DNA from: an uncultured Chloroflexia bacterium
Lineage (GTDB): Bacteria > Chloroflexota > Anaerolineae > CG2-30-64-16
DNA length: 64,000 nucleotides
Direction of reading: 5' to 3'
Assembly: GCA_963810095.1 (NCBI GenBank)
Contig: CAWEMM010000011.1
Coordinates: 128,001-192,000, forward strand
The translations under genes were made by a program, and so were the position numbers. Shown piece after piece: positions 53,579-63,932 of this stretch (its first letter is position 1; each line of letters begins with the position of its first letter). Under the pieces are notes generated by a model. That model had not been told where the DNA came from, ran no database searches, and saw only the letters and a list, made by a program, of their open reading frames with translations.

Positions 53579-53610
53579 AAACCCGGCTTCTTGAAGAAAC
53601 CGGGTTTCTA
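53576..53610. repeat. AGAAACC..GGTTTCT double palindrome between convergent genes
   Basis: tagaaacccggcttcttgaagaaaccgggtttcta, may also act as a bidirectional terminator. Confidence 0.75.
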
Positions 53611-53611
53611 A

Positions 53612-54721
53612 CTACTGCACGATCGTCAGTGGCACCGGCACGAAGACGAGCACGAACAGCACCAGCATGGCCGCCGCGAACACCTTCTGACGCTCGGTCA
53701 GCTCGGTGATCTCGTCCAAGGGCATGTCCTGGATACGCGTTGCCAGCAGCAGCAGCACCAGCCAGAGCACCCACCCCGTCCACACAAACGACAGCGCCAC
53801 CATCACCCCAAGCATCACCCACCCCAGCAGCCTGGCGCGCTGGGGCCCCAACAAGGCATAGGCGATGTGCCCGCCGTCGAGCTGCCCCGCCGGAATCAGG
53901 TTCAGGCCGGTGACGAGCAGTCCGGCCCACCCGGCAAACGCCAACTGGTGGACCCATACATCCATCCCCGCCGAGGGCAGGAGCCGGCCGAACACCAGGA
54001 ACTTCAGCGCCGCATAGAGCAGCGAGTTCCCTTCCATCTGGTAGCCGCCGGGCGGCAGAGGCTGCAAGTGGCTCAGCTTGAGCCCAATTAGCAGGACCGG
54101 GATCGCAACCACCAGGCCGGCGACGGGACCCGACGCGCCGATGGCCAGCAGGTGCCGCCGGTTTCGGATCGGCGCGCCGGCCGTGATCACCGCGCCGAGT
54201 GTGCCGAAGGGTCCGATGGGCAACGGGATGAAGTACGGCAGGCTGGTCGGGCTGCCCAAGCGGCGGGCCGTCAGGTAGTGCCCGAACTCATGCGCCAGCA
54301 GGATGGCGAGCAAGCCGGCGGCGAACGGCAGTCCGTCGAGCAGGTGAAAGTTCCAGGTGGTCAGCCCGTCCACCATCTGCGCCCCGGCGAAGAGGCACGA
54401 GAATACCGTTAATATGAAGAGCACCGCCGGGAGCAGCACACGCGGTTTGCCGCCCCCGAAGGTGACGGGGAGCGCCAGCAATTCTTCGCCCGGCCCGTCA
54501 GGCCGCCGGCGCAGCGTGGGCGTCCACCCGGAAGGGCTGAGCCGGTCGGAAAGCAGCTGCCAAGCCCGCTCGGCCGGCATGAACAGCCGGCCATGGACGC
54601 GCACCGCGTTGGCAGGCGGCACCCCGGCCATAACGTTATCGATGCTCATGACCTCGGCGGCTGCGGCCCGAACTTCATCCACTCCGCCCGGGGGCTGCTC
54701 CAGTGGGGTTACTCCACGCAT
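53612..54721 (-). CDS. Site-2 protease (M50 family)
   Basis: HEFGH, GTLGA, GPVAG, NLIPAGQLDGGH and multiple TM segments. Confidence 0.93.
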   Translation of the reverse strand: MRGVTPLEQPPGGVDEVRAAAAEVMSIDNVMAGVPPANAVRVHGRLFMPAERAWQLLSDRLSPSGWTPTLRRRPDGPGEELLALPVTFGGGKPRVLLPAVLFILTVFSCLFAGAQMVDGLTTWNFHLLDGLPFAAGLLAILLAHEFGHYLTARRLGSPTSLPYFIPLPIGPFGTLGAVITAGAPIRNRRHLLAIGASGPVAGLVVAIPVLLIGLKLSHLQPLPPGGYQMEGNSLLYAALKFLVFGRLLPSAGMDVWVHQLAFAGWAGLLVTGLNLIPAGQLDGGHIAYALLGPQRARLLGWVMLGVMVALSFVWTGWVLWLVLLLLATRIQDMPLDEITELTERQKVFAAAMLVLFVLVFVPVPLTIVQ

Positions 54722-56752
54722 TCGCGCTTCTCGCCCCTGAGTGCCGCGGCCACCGCGCTGCCGTCCACCGACTCACAGCGGATCAGCTCTTCCGTGAGCA
54801 TCTCGAGCGCGTCCCGGTGCTCGGTGAGCAGGCGCTGGGCCCGCTCGACCTGCTCCGATACGATCCGCTTGACCTCGGCATCGATGGTCTCGCGCGTCTC
54901 GGGGCTCAGGCTCGCGTTGTCCTCCATGGCCCCGCCCAGGTACTGCAGCTGCTGCCCGGCATAGCGTACCCAGCCCAGCTTCTCGCTCATCCCCCACTCG
55001 GTGACCATGCGCCGGGCGAGCTCGGTCGCGCGGTTGATGTCGTCAGACGCACCCGTGCTGATCTCGTTGTAGATGATCGTCTCGGCCGAGCGCCCACCCA
55101 TCATGATCGCGATGCGGTCCAGCAGCTCGTCCTCGCGAATCAGGTAGCGATCCTCTTCCGGCATCTGCATCGTGTAGCCCAGCGAGCCCCGGCTGCGCGG
55201 CACGATGCTGATCTTCGAGACGGGGTCGCCGTGCGGCACAAGATGCGCGATCAGCGCGTGGCCGGCCTCGTGATACGCCACCGCACGCTTCACGTCCTCG
55301 TTCAGCATCTTGGTCCGCTGCTCGAGCCCTGCGACGACGCGTTCGATGGCCGCCTCGAAGTCCCGGATCGTGACCGCGTCCGCGTCCCGGCGGGCTGCCA
55401 GCAGCGCGGCCTCATTCATGATGTTCGCCAGGTCCGCACCGCTGAAGCCGGGCGTCATCCGGGCGGCCCGCTCGATGTCGAAATCGGGCGTCAGCTTCAC
55501 GTTCTTGCTGTGAATGCGCAGGATTTGCTGGCGGCCGATCAGGTCAGGGTTGCCGACCGTCACCTGGCGGTCGAAGCGCCCGGCGCGCAGCAGCGCCTGG
55601 TCGAGCACCTCGGGCCGGTTGGTGGCGGCCATGATGATCACGGGCGCGGTTGTGTTTGTCTTGAAGCCGTCGATCTCGGCGAGCAGCTGATTGAGCGTCT
55701 GCTCGCGCTCGTCGTTGCCGCCAATTCGCATATTCATGCCGCGGCTCGCGCCGATCGCGTCGATCTCGTCGATGAAGATGACGGCCGGAGCGGCCTTGCG
55801 GGCTTGTTCGAAGAGGTCGCGCACACGGGCCGCGCCCACGCCGACGAACATCTCCACGAATTCGGACCCGCTCGTTTCGAAGAAGGAAACGCCGGCTTCG
55901 CCCGCCGTCGCCTTGGCGAGCAGCGTCTTGCCTGTGCCGGGCGGCCCGACGAGCAGCACGCCCTTGGGGATGCGCCCGCCGAGCTTCGCAAACTGCTCGG
56001 GGCTCTTCAGGAACTGGATGGTTTCCTGAAGCTCGGCGATGGCCTCGTCGGCGCCGCCCACGTCCTTATACGTAACGCCCACATCTTCGGGCTTGACCTC
56101 TTGCGCCTTGCTCTTGCCCACCCCGAAGATATTGCCCAAACCGCCGCCGCCCATTCCTGCGCCGCCACCCGAGCGGGCGCGGAAAAGCATGTACCAGAAG
56201 CCCCCGAGCAGCGCAAGGGGCAAAATCCATGAGATGAGGAACGCGCCGATTGGGCTGTCGGGCCGGGCAAAGCGGTACTGCACGCCCGACGCCTGCAGGT
56301 CTTTCACCAGGTTCGGGTCGCCGCCGCTCTCGAAGAAGGTATTGAAAGTGAGTGTGTTCGTGTTCGGCTGGCTTGCGCCGATCGCCGCGGCGAGGTCCGG
56401 ACGCAATCACCGTGGGACTGCCGGGAGCCCCTGCCGTTGGCAGAGCGGTCGGAGCAGCCGTTGCGCCGGGCGCCGGAGTTGCCGCAGGGTTCGGGTTCTT
56501 CATCTCGCCGCTCAAGGCCGTCTGGCCGATCTCGACGGACAGGATTTGACCGGCGGCGAGTTTCTGGCGGAACTCGCTGTAGGGTATCTCGGCCGTGCGC
56601 ACGCTGAGCGGGCCGAGGACAAACTGTTGAAATAGCCAGAGTACGACGAGCCCGACGAGAATGTAGGTCACCCCATAACGCATCTGGCGCCCCATCTGCT
56701 CTTGGCGCTCTTTCTCGTCGTCTTGATCTGGCTTGCGATCCTTCTTATCCAT
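54709..56752 (-). CDS. ftsH: ATP-dependent zinc metalloprotease FtsH, frameshift ~56405
   Basis: Two TM segments, [39 protein letters not shown]. Confidence 0.95.
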
Positions 56753-56916
56753 CCTGAGACATCCTCGCTAAACATCGTCCAACCAATGCCCAAAGTATTG
56801 CATATCCACGCCTGCGCGTATGTGTCTTGGCGCACCAATACCGTCCGGAAGTAGCCCTTCCGTGCGCCTCGCCGTGCCCGGCCCCCCCACCTGCCCCAGC
56901 GGCTGAGCGGCGCGGC

Positions 56917-56953
56917 AAAAAAACCCCCCGCGGTCTGGGGAAACCGCGGAGGG
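56917..56953 (-). terminator. Rho-independent terminator of the corrinoid protein gene
   Basis: Minus strand ccctccgcggt-ttccccag-accgcgggggg followed by T7. Confidence 0.8.
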
Positions 56954-56986
56954 CTGCGGGGTTGAAGGCGAAGACCTTGAGGGAAC

Positions 56987-57619
56987 CTACGCCATCAGGG
57001 ACTTGGCGAGCCGTACGGCAGACGAGGCATCCGGGCTGTAGCCGTCGGCGCCGATCTGCTTGGCGAAGCCATCTGTTACGGGCGCGCCGCCGATCATAAC
57101 CTTGACCTGATCGCGCAGGCCGGCTTCCTGGAGCGCCTTGATCGTGCCCGTCATCGAAGGCATGGTCGTAGTAAGCAGCGCAGACATGCCGATCACCTGG
57201 GGCTTGTGATCCATCACCGCCTTGACGAACTTATCGGGGGTCACGTCGGTGCCCAAGTCGACAACGTCGAACCCGGCGCCTTCGAGCATCATGGCGACAA
57301 GGTTCTTGCCGATATCGTGGAGATCGCCCTTGACTGTGCCAACGACGACTTTGCCTGCCGGCGCCGCGCCTGAGTCGGCCAGCAGCGGCTTCAAAATGGC
57401 CAAGCCGGACTGCATGGCACGCGCCGAGACCAGCATCTCGGGCACAAAGTACTCGTTTTCCTCGAACAGCCGGCCGACCTCGCCCATGGCGGAGATCAGG
57501 CCTTCCTTCAGGATAACGTCTGGCGCGGTGCCCTCAGCAATGGCTGCCTTTACACCCGCCTGCGCTGCGGCGGCGTTGCCGTCCAAAACGGCTTGATAAA
57601 TGGCTTCGAGTTGGCTCAC
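56987..57619 (-). CDS. Cobalamin-binding corrinoid protein (MtaC/MttC/MetH B12-module-like)
   Basis: Cap domain M.EVG.LFE..EYFVPEML, DLHDIG, MSALLTTT, MIGGAP. GTG start with GGAGGA RBS. Confidence 0.95.
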   Translation of the reverse strand: MSQLEAIYQAVLDGNAAAAQAGVKAAIAEGTAPDVILKEGLISAMGEVGRLFEENEYFVPEMLVSARAMQSGLAILKPLLADSGAAPAGKVVVGTVKGDLHDIGKNLVAMMLEGAGFDVVDLGTDVTPDKFVKAVMDHKPQVIGMSALLTTTMPSMTGTIKALQEAGLRDQVKVMIGGAPVTDGFAKQIGADGYSPDASSAVRLAKSLMA

Positions 57620-57753
57620 AGTGTCCTCCAGCGTAACGCGGCTTGGGGATGAATCGGCAGCTCGCCGGCGCTGCTGGCCGGTCTGCCTACAAACTGCTGC
57701 CAGTATACGCGTAACACATGGGTCCAACAATGACGTTAATCAGGAACCCCGAC

Positions 57754-57782
57754 TTGTTTCTTTGCTCGCAGCCACGTATAAT
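57754..57782 (+). promoter_or_regulatory. Putative sigma70 promoter for the GroEL-like gene
   Basis: TTGTTT-17 bp-TATAAT. A divergent TATACT for the corrinoid gene lies on the minus strand at ~57702-57707. Confidence 0.6.
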
Positions 57783-57852
57783 CGAACGGGTCGGATAGCT
57801 TAGGCGAGACTGGCTCCTTTTTATTCCCTCCCCATCGAGGCAAAGCCACCAC

Positions 57853-59479
57853 ATGCGAAAACGACGGTCAGGTGTCCTGTTCCAGCCCGCGGTCGGGCGC
57901 GCGCTACAACGCGGTGCAGCAACCCTGGTTGCGGCTGTTGAGCCCACACTCGGACCGCTGCCCCGCTACACGGCCATACAGCGCGCAACCACGGGCGGCC
58001 CCGAGATCCTGGACCAGGCGGGCGTCATCGCCAGAAGGGTCATTGCGCTGCCTGACCCCGACGAAGACGTCGGCGCGATGCTGGTGCGACACCTGATGTG
58101 GCAGATGACCGAGCGGGTCGGCGACGGCGGAGCGACGGCGGGCGTGCTGTTCCTCGCCATTTACAGGGCGGGGCGCACTTACGTCACGGCGGGCGGCAAC
58201 CCGATGGTGTTGCGTGGGCACCTGGAAGCCGCAACCCGGGTGGTTCTTGCGGAGTTGGACGGCATGGTCCGCCCGGTCGAGGGGCGCGAGGCCCTGGCCA
58301 ACCTGGCACGCTCGGTCTGCTTCGACGATCAACTCGCAGCCGTGCTGGGCGAGATCTTTGACATTATTGGCGAATACGGTGGGCTGGACATTCGCACCGG
58401 GCGGGGCCGGGATCTCGAACGCGAGTACGTCGAGGGGATGTACTGGGACGGCGGTTTGCTCTCACGTGAGCTGACCACGGATTCGGCCCGCCTGCGCGGT
58501 GAGCTCGAAGATGCGGCGGTGCTGGTGAGCAACCTAGAAATCACGGATGTGCGCGATCTTGCAGACTTTCTCTCGCAGTGCGCGGCCGGCGGTGTCAAGA
58601 CGCTGTTCATCGTGGCGCGCAGTATCTCGAACGAGGCCATGAGTGTACTCGTCGTCAACAACAACGCTGGGAGCATGAAGACCCTGGCCGCCCGGTGTCC
58701 GATCTCAGGAACGACCGTACACGACGACCTGGAGGACATGGCCGTGCTCACCGGCGCGCGCGCCTTCCACATGGACGCCGGCGATTCGATCCGGTCGGTC
58801 CGGGTGGCCGACCTGGGCCGGGCTCGGCGGGCCTGGGTAGACAAAGACTACCTGGGCGTGTCGGGTGGCGGCGGCGATCCCCGGGCTGTACGCACCCACC
58901 TTGCGAACCTCCGCCACGCCTACGGGGCCTCGCAGCGCGACGGCGAGGCACGGCAGAAGCTGCGGAGGCGCATTGGCAAACTGCTGGGCGGCGCGGCCAC
59001 GCTGTGGATCGGCGCGGCGACCGAGGCCGAGATGGAGCCTCGGAAAGCGCTGGCCGAAAGGACTGCAGAGTCGTTGCGTGCGGCCCTCGTCGACGGTGCG
59101 CTGCCGGGCGGCGGGGCCGCCTTCCTGGCCTGCCGGAAGGCGCTGCGCGACTGCGGAAACGCGGCGACCACGCCCGACGAGCGCGCCGCCTATCGCATTC
59201 TGGCCCAGGCGCTCGAGGCGCCCGCACGCACCATCCTCCGCAATGCCGGCGCCGAGGTTGCAGCCGCAATGGCCGGGATCGACGCGGCGCCGCCTCGGCT
59301 ACGGTTACGACGTCGTCGGCGGCCGGGTCGTTGACATGGCCGAAAGCGGCCTGCTTGACGTTGCAGCCGTCGTACGCTTGGCCCTAACCTCTGCCGTATC
59401 TGTCGCCGCGATGGCCTTGACCACCGACGCCCTCGTTCACACCGACTTCGGAACGCAGGGCGCCAACTTCACCCCGTGA
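57853..59479 (+). CDS. Highly divergent GroEL/Cpn60-like protein, frameshift ~59295
   Basis: TLGP, GDGGATA, G.NPM.L, EGMYWDGG, LEDMAVLTG, LGRA, RRIGKLLGG, GALPGGG, LEAP.R.I..NAG. The C-terminus GYDV....VDM.E.GLLD...V...AL..AVSVAAM.LTT is in frame 58865..59479. Confidence 0.88.
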
Positions 59480-60435
59480 GAGACATGAACGACCAACCGA
59501 CCGAAAACCAGATTGAAGACGCTGCCGTGTACGCCATCGTCGCTTCGCCCGCTTACGCGACCGACGGTACCTGCTTTGCGGCCACGGCGGCGGGGCTGCG
59601 CGTCTCGCACGATTGTGCGGTAACCCTGTCGGATGCCTACCGCGCCCTGCAGCTGCCGGAACCGCTGCCCACCCCTGCGGTCACGCTCTCGCCGGGCTTC
59701 GAATCGGACGGCACGGTGTTCGCCGGCGTGTTCGGCGCGATCTTGCGTTCCCACGATCGGGGCGCGAACTGGCTTTATGCCGAGCTGCGCACGCCACCCC
59801 CCGTCGTCACCTGTCTCGCCGTCTCGCCCGCGTACGAACAGGATGGAATTGTGTTCGCCGGCACGCTGCAGGATGGGATTTTCCGCTCGGCAGACCGCGG
59901 TGACCGGTGGGCCGCGTGGAACTTCGGGCTCATCGACCTGGGCGTGCTCTGCCTGGCCCTCTCGCCTGCGTATGCCACGGACGAAACACTGGTGGTAGGC
60001 ACGGAAACCGGCCTGTTCCGCAGCACAAACGGAGGGCGGGCCTGGCGTGAACTGGGCCTGCCGACCGATCTCGCGCCGGTTCTCAGCGTGGCCTTCGCTC
60101 CTGACTATACGAAGAGCGGCGTTCTGTTTGCGGGGACCGAGTCCAGCGGGCTCTGGGTCTCGTCGGACCGCGGCCGCAGTTGGGCATCGGTCGAGGCCCT
60201 TGAAGAGGGCGCAGTGAACGCGCTGCTCGTGGAGCAAGGCGGTGAGGGCCTGACGCTCGTGGCGCTTGTCGAAGACCAGGTCCGCGTCTCACACGACGGC
60301 GCGGCGACATGGGACATCCTGCCAAGCGCCGAGGACCTGGCGCCTATTTGCCTGGCCGCTCCACTGGGCGCGGCCAGGGGCGCCCCCCTGCTCGTCGGCT
60401 GCTCAGACGGGGCGCTACGCCAGCTGACCCTTTAG
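59476..60435 (+). CDS. Cytoplasmic Asp-box (BNR) beta-propeller protein
   Basis: Repeated SP.Y..DGT.FAGT..G..RS.D.G..W blades, no signal peptide. GTG overlaps the upstream stop (GTGA), with an alternative ATG at 59485. Confidence 0.85.
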   Translation: MRDMNDQPTENQIEDAAVYAIVASPAYATDGTCFAATAAGLRVSHDCAVTLSDAYRALQLPEPLPTPAVTLSPGFESDGTVFAGVFGAILRSHDRGANWLYAELRTPPPVVTCLAVSPAYEQDGIVFAGTLQDGIFRSADRGDRWAAWNFGLIDLGVLCLALSPAYATDETLVVGTETGLFRSTNGGRAWRELGLPTDLAPVLSVAFAPDYTKSGVLFAGTESSGLWVSSDRGRSWASVEALEEGAVNALLVEQGGEGLTLVALVEDQVRVSHDGAATWDILPSAEDLAPICLAAPLGAARGAPLLVGCSDGALRQLTL

Positions 60436-60499
60436 CAGCACGCCTACGCGATAGCCATCGCTGGCACGATGTGGTTGATTCCTGGATTTACTATACGAA

Positions 60500-61391
60500 A
60501 TGTCCGATTTACCCGGCATATTCGAATCTTTGCCCCTGTTCGGCCTGCGCGTCCTCGACACACGTGCGGCCGGAGACGGCGAAGAGCTGACCCGCAGGCT
60601 CCGCGAGCTGGGCGCCGAGCCGGTCTCGCTCCCCGCGACGCACATCGTGCCCCCGGACGACCTTACCCCGCTCGACGCCGTTGTTATGTCCATCCGCAGC
60701 GCCCCACCCCACACGCCGGCGTACGACTGGGTCGGCTTCACCAGCGCCCACGGAGTTACGGCGTTCCTGGACCGCCTGCTGGGGAGCGGTGAGAACCTTG
60801 CCGGCGTACCTCGCGCTGCCCATTCCGGGAGCGAGCCGGGAAGGGGCGCCGCGGAGCTCCTGGCCGGGATCAAGCTTGCCGCCGTGGGAGAAGCCACCTC
60901 TGCCGCACTCACAAGCTACGATCTCACGCCCGACCTGGTGCCCGACCGGGCCGCGGGTCGCTACCTTGCCGACGCACTGGGCGACGTGTCAGGGCTGCGC
61001 ATCCTGCTGCCTCGCTCCGACGTCGCGCTGCGCGACCTGCCCGAAGCACTTCGCAAGCGGGGCGCCCTCGTCCAGGAAGTCGTCGCGTCACGCGACGCGT
61101 CCCGCCCCCGCAGACGCCGGGGTGCTGCAGAGGATGACGACTCAGCCCGTCGACGCGGTCACCTTCTTCAGCCCGTCCGCCGTCCGCGGCTTCGCCGCGC
61201 AGGTCGCGCCGCGGTCCCCCGCCGACTTCCTGGCTGGGGCCGTCGTGCTGTGTGTCGGCGAGACGACGGCCAACGCCGCCCGCGAACACGGCTTGGTCGA
61301 TCCGCTCATTGCGAGCGAGGCAACGGTGCGCGGCGTGGTCGCGGCGCTGGTGCAATGGCGCAGGGAGCGCGGAGCAGGGCAAAGGGGTTGA
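60500..61391 (+). CDS. hemD: Uroporphyrinogen-III synthase, frameshift ~61095
   Basis: L.GLRVL.TR, YDWVGFTSAHGV, AAVGEATSAAL, ILLPRSDVA..DLP, then VTFFSPSAVR...CVGETTANAA in frame 60681..61391. Confidence 0.88.
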
Positions 61392-61623
61392 CGGGCAAGC
61401 GCGTCGGCTGACGAGCGCGTTGGCGGGCGAGAAGGTGACGGGGGTGAACGCCGGCGGAGCACCGACTAGGAACGCGAACTATCCCCTGCCTCGACGCCTC
61501 GGCTAGCTTCGTATAGTCCGACGGAGTTGGGGGCGTTGCAGTCCGGGCGGGCCGGCCAGCCCGCTCTGCGAAGTATTGGCGTCCGGACCCTCAGATGCGC
61601 AGCAAGCGACGCGGTCGCTTGCT

Positions 61624-62784
61624 TCATTCCCGATCCAGCCCGGCCGCCTCGTTCAATTCATCCAACAACCGCCGGACTTCCTCTGGTCCGTATCCACGCA
61701 CCGCCGCGGCTTGGCGCACTGGCTCCCAGAACGGAACCGGATCGTCGCGCCACGGGATACCGTGGGCATCAAAGACCGCCTGCGTCTGGGGGAATGCCTG
61801 GGCAGTCTGCGCGACGCTCGCGTCTACATCGAGCGGTCCACTCCCGGCTCGACCGGCAGCCGCCCCCGTCGTGTTCCGCCCGTAGGTGCCCGCCTGAGAC
61901 CCCTCCAGGCCCAGCAGCGCAGCCGCATTCCCGCCCATAATGGCAGACCTGGCGTCTGCGTCCAGCCCCAGCGCGCCAACCTCGCGCAGGAACGGCAGCA
62001 TATCAGGCTCCGCTTGGCGCGCAGGGTACAACCGCAGCGGATAGTCGGATGCGAACAGCAGCTTCTGCGGCGCAACGCACGCCAGCGCCGCGTTGAAGAT
62101 GCGGCTCGTCGGGAAAATGAGCGGGGATGCGGCCGTGTCGTACCAGACGTTGGCCAGCGCCCGGCGCACGGCGGGCATCAACTCGTAGAAGAGCAGCCCA
62201 CCGCCCCAATGGGCAAGGATTAGCCTCAGCTCGGGGTAGCGCACGGCCAGCTCGTAGTAATGAGCGAGCGGCGTCGTTGCCTTTCCGGGGTAGTAGTGGC
62301 CGACTTCCTCGTTGGTGTGCAGGTTAAGCGGTATGTTATGGCGGATGCACGCCTCGGCTAAGCGCAGGAAGTCAGGGTCGTCCAGCCGGTAACCCTGGCC
62401 GTAGGGGCCCAACTCGCCCACGCCGCGCATCCCCGCATCGACGCACCGCGCGACCTCGTCCAGTGCGGCCGCGCCCGCCTTCGGCTGCACCATTGCAAAG
62501 GGAATCACACGGTCGGGCCAGCGCCGGGCAATGGCGATGGCCTGGTCGTTGCGCGCCACGCAGGCTTCGTGCGAACGCCGGTACTCCCCCATCAGGACGA
62601 CCCGGTCCACCCCGGCCGCATCCATGTCGGCGATCATACGCTCGGGTGTGGCCCACCCTTGCAGGCTCCGGCCGTCCGGGCCGGGCGCGAGCAGCAAGCC
62701 CCAGAACGGCTCTTCCTTTAGGAAGTCGTCTAGGTGATCCCGCAGTGCGGGCGGCGTGTAGTGCACGTGCGCGTCGATAATCAT
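61624..62784 (-). CDS. Amidohydrolase_2 family protein with C-terminal DUF1858-like domain
   Basis: IIDAHVH, GVGEL, LHT, LAHWGGG, FASDYP. Tail V...AFPQTQAVF..HGI...E.VRQAA...G...LLDELN. Confidence 0.85.
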   Translation of the reverse strand: MIIDAHVHYTPPALRDHLDDFLKEEPFWGLLLAPGPDGRSLQGWATPERMIADMDAAGVDRVVLMGEYRRSHEACVARNDQAIAIARRWPDRVIPFAMVQPKAGAAALDEVARCVDAGMRGVGELGPYGQGYRLDDPDFLRLAEACIRHNIPLNLHTNEEVGHYYPGKATTPLAHYYELAVRYPELRLILAHWGGGLLFYELMPAVRRALANVWYDTAASPLIFPTSRIFNAALACVAPQKLLFASDYPLRLYPARQAEPDMLPFLREVGALGLDADARSAIMGGNAAALLGLEGSQAGTYGRNTTGAAAGRAGSGPLDVDASVAQTAQAFPQTQAVFDAHGIPWRDDPVPFWEPVRQAAAVRGYGPEEVRRLLDELNEAAGLDRE

Positions 62785-62869
62785 GTCGTTCCCTTCGGGC
62801 CACTTGGAGGGCTGGGAAATGGCAGGCGTCCTCGGCCTGAGCAACGGTGCAGCTACTGCCGCTCTGCAC

Positions 62870-63889
62870 CTACGCAACCGGTCCCGTGGTGTCACCGGCC
62901 ACCCAGCGTGGCTCCAAGAGGACCTGCGTGTCGCCGGCTGGCGCGTCGCCCAAAAGGCCCAGCAGAAGTTGAACCGCGTGCCGCGCTTGCTCCTCGCCCC
63001 GCAGATCCACTCCGGTCGCTCCGAACCCCAGCGCCTCGCTTACCCAAGTCTTGCCCAGGCAAACAAGTGACAGGTCGTCCGGCAGAATCCGGCCAAGCGT
63101 CCGTGCGGCTGCCTGAGCCCCCCACGCTGCGAGATCGCCCGCGACGATGAGCGCGCTGATCTCTGGCTGGTGTCGCAGGAGCTCTTCGGCCGTCGAGCGT
63201 GCGGCCGACGGAGGGCACGTGGCAGCCTGAATCCGCAGGCGGCGCCGGGCGCATGCCCGCTCGTAGGCCTGCAGCGAGCGGGCGGCGCTCGCGGCTCCAC
63301 GAGGGTCTTCGTGGAGAAACGCGATGCGGCGGTGCCCCAGGCCCGCGAGGTGTTCGACGCATTCCTCCACGGCCGCGTCCACGTCCACATCGACGAAATT
63401 GAGGTCTGAATTATCCTCAGTCCGGCCGAGCATGACAAACGGCACCCCTGCGGAACGCAAGCCGCGCACACGCTCGTCGTGCATCTGCACCTGCCCCACG
63501 ACCGCCCCGTCGAGCATCCCGGCCTCGAGAAACGGCGTTAGCCCGGACGCATCCGCGCCAGGCTGAGTAAAGAGCATGAGCGCAAAGCCCGCAGCGGCCA
63601 CATCCGCACCGGCCGCGGCGAATACGGCCGTCACGTCCGGTTGCCAGGTCGCCGCATGTCCCGGCCGCGACTCGAAAACCAGGGGATAGATGAAGCCGAC
63701 CGCGCCGCTACGCCCCGCGGCGAGCCGCTGGGCCACCGGATTAGGCCGGTAGCCGAGGGCTAGGATCGCAGCATCGATGCGCCGGCGCGTCTCGACCGAG
63801 ACAGGGCGCTTTCCACTTAGCGCGTGAGACACCGTGCTTTTTGTGACGCCTGCGCGGCGTGCCACATCCTCGATCGTGGCCCTGGTCAT
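62870..63889 (-). CDS. LacI family transcriptional regulator
   Basis: ATIEDVARRAGVTKSTVSHALSG...LGYRPN..A..L plus periplasmic-binding-like effector domain. Confidence 0.95.
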   Translation of the reverse strand: MTRATIEDVARRAGVTKSTVSHALSGKRPVSVETRRRIDAAILALGYRPNPVAQRLAAGRSGAVGFIYPLVFESRPGHAATWQPDVTAVFAAAGADVAAAGFALMLFTQPGADASGLTPFLEAGMLDGAVVGQVQMHDERVRGLRSAGVPFVMLGRTEDNSDLNFVDVDVDAAVEECVEHLAGLGHRRIAFLHEDPRGAASAARSLQAYERACARRRLRIQAATCPPSAARSTAEELLRHQPEISALIVAGDLAAWGAQAAARTLGRILPDDLSLVCLGKTWVSEALGFGATGVDLRGEEQARHAVQLLLGLLGDAPAGDTQVLLEPRWVAGDTTGPVA

Positions 63890-63932
63890 GCATACCCCTT
63901 CCTCTAGCGAGGCGCTTCCGAGGTCGATCATA

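Noticed and set aside
57620-57852. Cobalamin riboswitch upstream of the corrinoid gene, or CIRCE upstream of the GroEL-like gene
   Set aside because: No B12-box/GGGAA core motifs and no TTAGCACTC-N9-GAGTGCTAA found. The region is explained by divergent promoters.
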